This document shows, in pieces, positions 17,400 through 23,636 of a DNA stretch of 25,209 bases. The notes under the pieces were generated by a model that did no database searches, was not told where the DNA came from, and saw only the letters and a list, made by a program, of their open reading frames with translations. The DNA is from a virus (lineage: Duplodnaviria > Caudoviricetes), in IMG/VR virus record IMGVR_UViG_3300025652_000495, positions 1 to 25,209 of that record; one strand, given 5' to 3'. The position numbers were made by a program, and so were the translations under genes. Position 1 is the first letter of the stretch. The number at the start of each line of letters is the position of its first letter.

Positions 17400-17609
17400 A
17401 TGAGCGCAAAGAACAGTCAAATAGGCGGAAGCCATTACACAAAGCTGGCTATCCAGCCAATCGAATACAGCCATAAGAACGGGTTGAGTTTCCTTCAGGG
17501 GTCAGTAGTCAAATACGTCACCCGATACAAGGACAAGAACGGAATTGAGGATCTCAACAAGGCAATCCATTGCATCAAACTTTTACTGGAGCTAGAATAC
17601 GATGCTTAA
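17400..17609 (+). CDS. DUF3310 (T7 gp1.7/SaV-like) protein
   Basis: QIGGSHY...IQPIEY...FLQGSVVKYVTRYKDKNGIEDLNKAIH pattern. Confidence 0.9.
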   Translation: MSAKNSQIGGSHYTKLAIQPIEYSHKNGLSFLQGSVVKYVTRYKDKNGIEDLNKAIHCIKLLLELEYDA

Positions 17610-18033
17610 TGAATACATAGAGGGAACACCAAAACCCCAGCCCAGAGTTAAGGCAGTCAACCGAGGCAAGCACGCAGGCGTGTATACCCCAAAGACGGCA
17701 GACGCATGGCGCGAGACTCTCACTAGAGGTCTTGCACGGCACGTTGATAAGCGACTAGAGGGAGCGTTAGCTGTCAAGCTGAGCTTCCACCTGAAGCGTC
17801 CCAAGAGCCACCACCGCACTGGTAGGTTCTCTCACATCCTGCGTGATGATGCGACCAAGTATCACACGAGTAAGCCAGACGTGGATAACCTTGCCAAGCT
17901 TGTCCTAGACGTGCTAAGTAAGATCCGATATTACAAGGATGACTCACAGGTCGTGCTTCTTTATGTAACAAAAGCGTATGCTGATGACATTCACCCAGAA
18001 GGAGTTAAGATAGAAACTGAAGTTATTAGCTAA
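17602..18033 (+). CDS. rusA: RusA-family Holliday junction resolvase
   Basis: GTPKPQPR, YTPKTA, KPDVDNLAKLVLDVL and YKDDSQVV motifs. Confidence 0.92.
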   Translation: MLNEYIEGTPKPQPRVKAVNRGKHAGVYTPKTADAWRETLTRGLARHVDKRLEGALAVKLSFHLKRPKSHHRTGRFSHILRDDATKYHTSKPDVDNLAKLVLDVLSKIRYYKDDSQVVLLYVTKAYADDIHPEGVKIETEVIS

Positions 18034-18081
18034 ATAAAATTGACAGGAGTAGCTTTTTATGGCAAAACTGTCCCGACAACC

Positions 18082-18180
18082 TTGGCAGGGCGTTCATATA
18101 CGAGTAAAAACTTTTGCTCCCTTTTTGATCCAGCGTCCTGCCAGACTTTTTTTTATGGATTGAATTGGGAGCTTTTACTT
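18082..18180 (+). promoter_or_regulatory. Structured leader upstream of the replication initiator (long hairpin whose loop is complementary to an upstream segment)
   Basis: Stem 18116-18132/18156-18172, extended by AGTAAAA (18103-18109)/TTTTACT (18173-18179). Segment 18082-18094 can pair with 18132-18144. TTGACA at 18040-18045 upstream, with only a weak -10. Confidence 0.6.
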
Positions 18181-18188
18181 TAAAAGAT

Positions 18189-18914
18189 ATGAAAATGTAT
18201 TCGATAAATAGATGGAGCGAGGTGTTTGAAAACGCAGACTCTCGCAAACGGCAGCGGCTGGGGTTGTATTACATGCCCAGTGGATGTGATAGCTCAGGAT
18301 ATCTCGGACTCATGTCTGAGTTTGAACCAGCAGAGGCATGGCAGGCGTATGGCATATTCGTGGCACTGTGTCAGCATACCGCTACGATGACCAAGGATGT
18401 GCGCGGCACGTTCCAAAATACTGATGGCTCGGCTATGACCACAAGGAGGTTGGCTTTAATTGTTAGAGCGGATCTTGGTATACTTGAGCGTAGTCTGGAA
18501 ATCCTTATGGATCAACGAGTTGGGTGGGTGTCTGCCACTGATGTGCCAGCAATCTGCCAGCAATCTGCCAGTGACGTGCCACAAAATTCTGGGTTTGTGC
18601 AAGGAGAAGGAGAAGGTGAAGGAGAGGGAGAAGATAATACTACCGCATCTGACGATGCCGAGAGAGTCTGGAGCAGCTACCCAAAGAAGACAGACAAGCC
18701 AATGGGAATCAAAGCCATTCGTAAGGCTCTAAAAACGTATACAGCAGATGAGCTAATAGAGCGAGTGGTATACTACGCTCAAAACAATACCGAGACTAAA
18801 TACCAAAAAGGCGGCGGTCGATGGTTCAGAGACAAGCGTTACGAGGACGAGGTTAAACCCACTCAGCAGCCATCATCACTACCTAAATCACTACCTAACC
18901 CTAGAGGATACTAA
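18189..18914 (+). CDS. Phage replication initiator / replisome organizer (lambda O-like architecture)
   Basis: Upstream of dnaB. N-terminal wHTH-like region, GEGEGEGE linker, C-terminal W-x-x-YPKK...AIRKA...WFRDKRYEDE domain and internal phased repeats. Start is ATG 18189 or 18195. Confidence 0.8.
   Translation: MKMYSINRWSEVFENADSRKRQRLGLYYMPSGCDSSGYLGLMSEFEPAEAWQAYGIFVALCQHTATMTKDVRGTFQNTDGSAMTTRRLALIVRADLGILERSLEILMDQRVGWVSATDVPAICQQSASDVPQNSGFVQGEGEGEGEGEDNTTASDDAERVWSSYPKKTDKPMGIKAIRKALKTYTADELIERVVYYAQNNTETKYQKGGGRWFRDKRYEDEVKPTQQPSSLPKSLPNPRGY
18531..18587. repeat. Five 11-bp-phased TGCCA repeats inside the initiator gene; putative origin iterons
   Basis: TGCCA starts at 18533, 18544, 18555, 18566 and 18577 (units TGCCACTGATG, TGCCAGCAATC, TGCCAGCAATC, TGCCAGTGACG, TGCCACAAAAT). 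Confidence 0.7.
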
Positions 18915-18915
18915 T

Positions 18916-19077
18916 ATGACAGAAAAAGAATATAACGAGATGCACAAAGCTATGGACGACATAGCAGCATCATTTACAAACACCATCGACCACGACCCCA
19001 TCAAAGCCAAGGCTCTGATTTCTCAATATCTCGACCTTATCGCATCAAACTACAAAAAACTAAAACAACTAAAATGA
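18916..19077 (+). CDS. 53-aa hypothetical protein between initiator and helicase (not in ORF track)
   Basis: ATG 1 nt after the initiator stop, GAGGA upstream, ATGA overlap with dnaB; MTEKEYNEMHKAMDDIAASF...KKLKQLK. Confidence 0.7.
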   Translation: MTEKEYNEMHKAMDDIAASFTNTIDHDPIKAKALISQYLDLIASNYKKLKQLK

Positions 19078-20312
19078 AATTCACTAACTCAATATCCGAA
19101 GCTTACCTAGCATCAGGAGTTCTCAATAGACCCGAAGATGTCATACCCCAACTAAGGGGTGAGGGCATAACCGCTGACTATTTCCACAACTACCTACCAA
19201 AACTCATCTGGCGCTGCGCTGGTAAGATGGTGGATGATGGGAGGCTTCACGAGATATCACTACTGGAAGCCACTGATGAAATTAGAGGCTTGGCTGGCGG
19301 CGAGGAACTAGGGCATGACATAAGCAAGATTCGCTCCGAGTGGTGCGGCTTTGAGTTTATGAAGAACCATCTCAAGACAGTCAAGTCCATGTATGCTACC
19401 CGCTTTGCTCAAAAACAGCTCGCTAAGGCGTTGCAGGAGCTAGAGGAGGGAGAGACACCTGAATTGGTTTCAGACGCAGCTAGGAGCGCCTCAGAGGGCA
19501 TTATGGCGATTCTAGAGAGCCAAGCTGGTTGGAAGGAGTCAAAGCAATCCGCTGAGGAGTTTGCCGAGCTGCTCAAATCCATCCACCTAGACAAGACCAC
19601 AGCAGGCACACCGTCTGGTATTTATGAGATCGACAATATAACTGGAGGTCTGGGTCGGAACGAGCTGTGGGTAATTGGAGCGCCCACAAGCGGAGGAAAG
19701 ACAGTCCTGATGCTGCAAATGATGAATAACTTCCTCAGGCTAGGCAAGCGGGTTATCCTGTTTTCACTGGAGACAGAGGCAAACATGGTACACGCAAGGC
19801 TGGCGGCTAATGAGATGAACCTAGACATGGGGCGCATTCTCGGCAAGTCACACGAGCCACTAATCAAGGCTGATCTGATTAAGCTGAGAAGTTACATTGA
19901 GGATACCAAGGAGGCTGGAAATCTCATTATATGCGATGAGGACTCCATGACCCTCGAATCGGTAATATCCAAGGCTCAACAGGTGAATGACATTCAGGGG
20001 GTTGACCTGATTGTGGTTGATTACATCCAGCTTGTCTCGCTTACCAATACGGCAGACAAGGCAAGGCACGAGCAAGTAGCTGAAGTTACCAGAACCATGA
20101 AGCAAATGGCAAAGCGGTTCCAGTGTCCAGTGCTTACCGCCACACAGTTAAACGATGACGGCAGGGTGAGGGAGTCCAGAGCGATTGCCCATGATGCTGA
20201 TGTCCTGCTTACAATTAACGAGGATGGCATATATGTAGCCAAGTCCAGAAATGGTCAGCGTGACGTGACGATGAACTTAACACTTAACGGGAGACTGCAA
20301 AGATTTGAATAA
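19074..20312 (+). CDS. dnaB: DnaB-like replicative helicase
   Basis: Walker A GAPTSGGKT, FSLE, LIVVDYIQLV, TATQLN, RESRAIAHDAD, AKSRNG. Confidence 0.95.
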   Translation: MKFTNSISEAYLASGVLNRPEDVIPQLRGEGITADYFHNYLPKLIWRCAGKMVDDGRLHEISLLEATDEIRGLAGGEELGHDISKIRSEWCGFEFMKNHLKTVKSMYATRFAQKQLAKALQELEEGETPELVSDAARSASEGIMAILESQAGWKESKQSAEEFAELLKSIHLDKTTAGTPSGIYEIDNITGGLGRNELWVIGAPTSGGKTVLMLQMMNNFLRLGKRVILFSLETEANMVHARLAANEMNLDMGRILGKSHEPLIKADLIKLRSYIEDTKEAGNLIICDEDSMTLESVISKAQQVNDIQGVDLIVVDYIQLVSLTNTADKARHEQVAEVTRTMKQMAKRFQCPVLTATQLNDDGRVRESRAIAHDADVLLTINEDGIYVAKSRNGQRDVTMNLTLNGRLQRFE

Positions 20313-20313
20313 T

Positions 20314-20910
20314 ATGAAAAAATGTAGAATATGCAATACGGAAAAGCCATTTGATCAGTTCCACAAGTGTAAGCAGCTTAAGGATGGTCACGACAATCGA
20401 TGCAAGCCATGCAAAAAGGTAGCATCGCAGAAATACTACCTTGAGAACAAGGATAAAATTATTGCCAAGACAATCGAGTATTACCATACCAACAAGGAGT
20501 GGTTGAATCCTATACGCAAGAAATGGCGAAAGGAAAACCACAAAGACATCATGGAACAAAAGCGCATCTACATGAATAAGCGAAGGAGTGAGTCTGTCGA
20601 GTTTAGGATGCTGGAGAACATAAGGCGCAGAGTCAATTCGTTCCTTAAGGCTGAGGATAAGAGCGACAGGACGATGGAGCTGGTAGGATGCGACATGGAA
20701 ACCTTTCGAGCACACATTGAGTCACTATTTACTGAGGGCATGAGCTGGGATAACTACGGGATGCACGGATGGCATCTGGATCATGTGACCCCCTGTGCCA
20801 GTTTTGACTTGAGTGACCCAGAGCAGCAAAAAAGGTGCTTTCACTATACAAACACGCAGCCGTTATGGGCTTTAGACAACCTAATTAAGGGCGACAGGAT
20901 GCCAGAATAA
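20314..20910 (+). CDS. HNH-type endonuclease with N-terminal CxxC zinc-binding region (possible homing endonuclease)
   Basis: KKCRICNTEK...CKPC, then GMSWDNYG-x2-GWHLDHVTPCASFDL...FHYTNTQPLWALDNLIKG. Start taken at ATG 20314. Confidence 0.85.
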   Translation: MKKCRICNTEKPFDQFHKCKQLKDGHDNRCKPCKKVASQKYYLENKDKIIAKTIEYYHTNKEWLNPIRKKWRKENHKDIMEQKRIYMNKRRSESVEFRMLENIRRRVNSFLKAEDKSDRTMELVGCDMETFRAHIESLFTEGMSWDNYGMHGWHLDHVTPCASFDLSDPEQQKRCFHYTNTQPLWALDNLIKGDRMPE

Positions 20911-20911
20911 C

Positions 20912-21424
20912 ATGAAAAAGTTCAAACTAAAAAGACCGTCTGAGTCAATAATCAGCCAGTGCTTCGAGTTTGCCAAGAGCAGCTCGGTCACATCATTGGA
21001 TGAGTATGCACGGCGCAACCAGAACGCAGGCGACAAGATCATACAGGACATCTACTATGGGAAGGTGGCGGAGTTTATGGTGAGCAACATGCTACTAGAG
21101 CATGGTCGCCAACCATCAACCCCCGACCTAGAGATATACCAAGCACGCCAGAAAAGCTACGATGCAGACCTGACGTGCAATGGCGTTGCCATCCATGTAA
21201 AGAGCCACATGTATTCAGGATATTATCCAGTGAGCTGGGTATTCCAAAAGCGTGACAGGCTCACGCAGGGAGGCTCTGAGGACTATCTGGCGCTGGTGGT
21301 AATGGATGAGAGATTCTCTGGTCACTGCTATCTGTTACAAGCAAATGGGGTGCGGTTCGATCCGCCGAAAAAGGAGTCGCTCCGAGCTAATAAGGTGTGC
21401 ATATACGAGAACTCCTTAAAATAA
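20912..21424 (+). CDS. PD-(D/E)XK-like nuclease-fold protein
   Basis: GKVAEFMV helix, YDADL and IHVKS follow the E...D...(D/E)xK layout, with His in the third position. Confidence 0.5.
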   Translation: MKKFKLKRPSESIISQCFEFAKSSSVTSLDEYARRNQNAGDKIIQDIYYGKVAEFMVSNMLLEHGRQPSTPDLEIYQARQKSYDADLTCNGVAIHVKSHMYSGYYPVSWVFQKRDRLTQGGSEDYLALVVMDERFSGHCYLLQANGVRFDPPKKESLRANKVCIYENSLK

Positions 21425-21490
21425 TTCTCTGCCAGAAGCTATATAGAATAAGGGCTACAGAACAAAGTTGCATTTTGTTGACGATTTATG

Positions 21491-21518
21491 TTGCAGATAG
21501 TTGTCAATAGTGTATTAT
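21491..21518 (+). promoter_or_regulatory. Putative sigma70 promoter for the accessory microprotein region, overlapped by an inverted repeat
   Basis: TTGCAG (21491-21496), 16-bp spacer, TATTAT (21513-21518). TTGAC (21478-21482) and GTCAA (21503-21507) form an inverted pair. Confidence 0.45.
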
Positions 21519-21542
21519 GCAATCAACCGAGAGGAAAACATT

Positions 21543-21737
21543 ATGAACAACACAACAAAGCAACTACAGAAAGCAGTCGACAACGCAGGCACATTCTTCC
21601 AAGAGTTATATCTGGAATACCTAAACGACTACCTTACCATTACAAACTTCGCACTGGATAAGGGAATCACCGAAAAGCAAGCAAGGCAGCAGATTGAGAT
21701 AGGACGCAAGATTCACAATCAGCGCACGGGCAAGTAG
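21543..21737 (+). CDS. Small HTH-like hypothetical protein (64 aa)
   Basis: GAGGA ribosome-binding site before ATG 21543; YLTITNFALDKGITEKQARQQI resembles a helix-turn-helix. Confidence 0.65.
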   Translation: MNNTTKQLQKAVDNAGTFFQELYLEYLNDYLTITNFALDKGITEKQARQQIEIGRKIHNQRTGK

Positions 21738-21755
21738 CCCCAACCAACTCCACTA

Positions 21756-21784
21756 CCCTGCACGGTCAAACGTGCGGGGCTTTT
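21756..21784 (+). terminator. GC-rich hairpin with short U tract (weak terminator or antitermination element)
   Basis: CCCTGCACG-GTCAAA-CGTGCGGGG followed by CTTTT. Confidence 0.55.
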
Positions 21785-21791
21785 GGGTGAA

Positions 21792-21872
21792 ATGAAACTA
21801 ATAATAGAAACCACAGCAATCGCAGTCGTGTTTTTCACGGCATCTTACACAATATTAACACTAGCACTATAA
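21792..21872 (+). CDS. 26-aa hydrophobic microprotein MKLIIETTAIAVVFFTASYTILTLAL
   Basis: ATG start, TAATG coupling to the next ORF, one TM-length hydrophobic stretch. Confidence 0.6.
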   Translation: MKLIIETTAIAVVFFTASYTILTLAL

Positions 21873-21997
21873 TGAACACACTAATTGAATCAATTATCCT
21901 CCCCTGTCTGCTGATCGCAGTAGGGATCGTTATCAACCTCGCATGGGTAGCCGTTCCAGTAATGGTAGTCATGTGGCTTATCAAGACAGCATCATGA
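21872..21997 (+). CDS. 41-aa hydrophobic microprotein MNTLIESIILPCLLIAVGIVINLAWVAVPVMVVMWLIKTAS
   Basis: Coupled at both ends (TAATG, ATGA); ~30-residue uncharged stretch. Confidence 0.65.
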   Translation: MNTLIESIILPCLLIAVGIVINLAWVAVPVMVVMWLIKTAS

Positions 21998-22119
21998 AAA
22001 ACAAACACCAAACGACAAGCGTGCTAGTCGCCCTAGCCTACTTAATTGACAGGCAGGGACTGACACCAGACGAGATCAAGAAACTAGTCATCAAAACAGC
22101 AGAGGAGATTGGCTCATGA
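21994..22119 (+). CDS. 41-aa microprotein MKNKHQTTSVLVALAYLIDRQGLTPDEIKKLVIKTAEEIGS
   Basis: ATGA coupling at both ends; amphipathic two-helix character. Confidence 0.65.
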   Translation: MKNKHQTTSVLVALAYLIDRQGLTPDEIKKLVIKTAEEIGS

Positions 22120-22235
22120 TGGCAAGCATCTTAATAGCTGGAGGCGTGATAGTCATCTGCACGTTCGCCATCAGCACCGTAGTATTCTTCGCACTAGTCG
22201 CTAAAGACGTGTGCGAATATATGGACAAAGATTAA
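22116..22235 (+). CDS. 39-aa single-TM microprotein MMASILIAGGVIVICTFAISTVVFFALVAKDVCEYMDKD
   Basis: ATGA coupling, GAGGAG upstream, long hydrophobic helix then a charged tail. Confidence 0.65.
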   Translation: MMASILIAGGVIVICTFAISTVVFFALVAKDVCEYMDKD

Positions 22236-22253
22236 CCTTAACCACACCCTTAT

Positions 22254-22331
22254 ATGACTGACTTAATAATATTCCAAACCGCCGTATGCGTTGTTCTCTA
22301 TTGCGTTGTCTCCATACTGGAGCTAAAGTAA
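22254..22331 (+). CDS. 25-aa hydrophobic microprotein MTDLIIFQTAVCVVLYCVVSILELK
   Basis: ATG after an 18-nt gap and a TM-like core; no overlap coupling, so support is weaker. Confidence 0.5.
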   Translation: MTDLIIFQTAVCVVLYCVVSILELK

Positions 22332-22354
22332 TTGAAAATAACATACGAATTAAC

Positions 22355-22382
22355 TTGTGCGGCTAGTCTGATATGCTAGGAT
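22355..22382 (+). promoter_or_regulatory. Putative extended -10 promoter for the acidic protein pair
   Basis: TTGTGC (22355-22360), 16-bp spacer, TGc-TAGGAT (22374-22382), with an AT-rich upstream region. Confidence 0.4.
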
Positions 22383-22405
22383 GCACCTACAGAAAGAAAC
22401 TACTT

Positions 22406-22708
22406 ATGAAAACAGAAACACAACCGCGCTATGACGCGATAGAGAATGATGGGTATTACACCCTTGAGGATGGCACACGACTAGAGACAGACGACATCTG
22501 TGTCTACGGCATTGAGAACCAACCACACATCCACGAGACTGACCCCATGTGCTGTGAGATCGGATCAATGCTGGTCAAGGAGGTATGGGTCAACATCGAC
22601 AGTGAAGGCTGGCGTGATGCCACCGAGGAAGAGCTTGCAGAGATCAATGATGATCGCGCATACATGGAAGACCTCGTGGATGGAATCGTAAAAGAACTCA
22701 CTGACTAA
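22406..22708 (+). CDS. Acidic hypothetical protein (100 aa), probable paralog of the downstream gene
   Basis: Start ATG 22406; about 28 D/E versus 7 K/R; GWRDATEEELAEINDD motif. Confidence 0.75.
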   Translation: MKTETQPRYDAIENDGYYTLEDGTRLETDDICVYGIENQPHIHETDPMCCEIGSMLVKEVWVNIDSEGWRDATEEELAEINDDRAYMEDLVDGIVKELTD

Positions 22709-22712
22709 TACT

Positions 22713-22928
22713 ATGAAATACACATTTGATAACACAGACAAGGAGGTCACGATCTCCGACTTTAAATTCGCTGGAGTGATGCACTGGGACTATCCTGACT
22801 ACGCTGATGCATTCCTCGACTCGGCTAAGGTAGATGGACGGGAAGCCACTGAGGCAGAGCTAGACGAGATACAAGAGGATAGTGACCTTGTCTACAGCAT
22901 CCTGATGGATGACATAACGCTTTATTGA
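22713..22928 (+). CDS. Acidic hypothetical phage protein (71 aa) with DYPDYADAF motif
   Basis: About 19 D/E versus 5 K/R; DGREATEAELDEIQED matches the upstream gene's motif. Confidence 0.8.
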   Translation: MKYTFDNTDKEVTISDFKFAGVMHWDYPDYADAFLDSAKVDGREATEAELDEIQEDSDLVYSILMDDITLY

Positions 22929-22954
22929 TAACTGCACACCCTAAACACAACCAG

Positions 22955-22989
22955 AAGCCCGTCTTGCTTAATTGCAGGGCGGGTTTTTT
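22955..22989 (+). terminator. Rho-independent terminator
   Basis: GCCCGTCTTGC-TTAATT-GCAGGGCGGGT running into a T6 tract. Confidence 0.85.
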
Positions 22990-23033
22990 GGTCTTTACAA
23001 GATGCATACATAATGCTATGGATTTGATCAGCC

Positions 23034-23237
23034 ATGGAAGATACCCAAGCAAAGATTAACCGACTCAGCTATTACGCTAGAGCTACAGAGGACGTAGACC
23101 ACGACCCATTGATTGATGATTCAGACGAATGCCTAGCCAAGCAGTATGAATGGAGCGATGACCACATCACACTAGGTGAGGGTGGATTCCTGAGAAAGAA
23201 TGTCATTGGCGATGATTTGACTGATGATCTGCTTTGA
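23034..23237 (+). CDS. Acidic hypothetical protein (67 aa)
   Basis: ATG-started ORF filling the gap between the terminator and terS; about 18 D/E. Confidence 0.6.
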   Translation: MEDTQAKINRLSYYARATEDVDHDPLIDDSDECLAKQYEWSDDHITLGEGGFLRKNVIGDDLTDDLL

Positions 23238-23245
23238 TGTATAAT
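23217..23245 (+). promoter_or_regulatory. Near-consensus sigma70 promoter for the terminase genes (probably leaderless mRNA)
   Basis: TTGACT (23217-23222), 17-bp spacer, TATAAT (23240-23245); only 7 nt separate it from ATG 23253, and there is no SD. Confidence 0.8.
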
Positions 23246-23252
23246 TAACGCC

Positions 23253-23636
23253 ATGAACCCGCGACAGAGAAAGTTTGTTAAGCTATGGCTCAGTGGTGTC
23301 CCCGCTGGGAGGGCTTACGAGCAGGCAGGCTATGGTTCAACAGGTGATGTGGCTGATCAGTGTGCATCACAGCTACTCAGAAAACCCAAGGTAAAAGAAT
23401 ATATTGATAAGATGAATGAGAAGACCGAGAAAGCCGCCATACTGAGCATAGCAGAGCGTAAAGAGCTGCTGACACGCATAGCCCTAGCCAATGAAGGGGA
23501 GCGCCCCAGTGATGCCATACGAGCCAGTGCTGAGCTATCCAAAATGGATGGTGCATACGAGCATGTAGAGCAACTAGGCACGATCAAGATTAACATTGGA
23601 GGCACACAGGACGTGGCAGGGGCTGAGGATGAGTAG
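23253..23636 (+). CDS. terS: Terminase small subunit
   Basis: MNPRQRKFV...AYEQAGY...ASQLLRKPKVKEYI HTH and DAIRASAELSKMDG; directly upstream of terL. Confidence 0.9.
   Translation: MNPRQRKFVKLWLSGVPAGRAYEQAGYGSTGDVADQCASQLLRKPKVKEYIDKMNEKTEKAAILSIAERKELLTRIALANEGERPSDAIRASAELSKMDGAYEHVEQLGTIKINIGGTQDVAGAEDE

Noticed and set aside
18531-18587. Short repeats considered as a mini-CRISPR array or DGR repeat
   Set aside because: Units are 11 bp with no unique spacers, and there is no cas or reverse transcriptase gene; an iteron array explains them better.
18875-18898. Tandem 12-bp repeat ATCACTACCTAA x2 at the end of the initiator gene
   Set aside because: In-frame duplication (SLPK/SLPN) in a low-complexity tail; only two copies and unrelated to the iteron core.
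22994-23022. Possible promoter TTTACA-17-TATGGA before the 67-aa acidic gene
   Set aside because: The -10 lacks the conserved final T, too weak to call from sequence alone.
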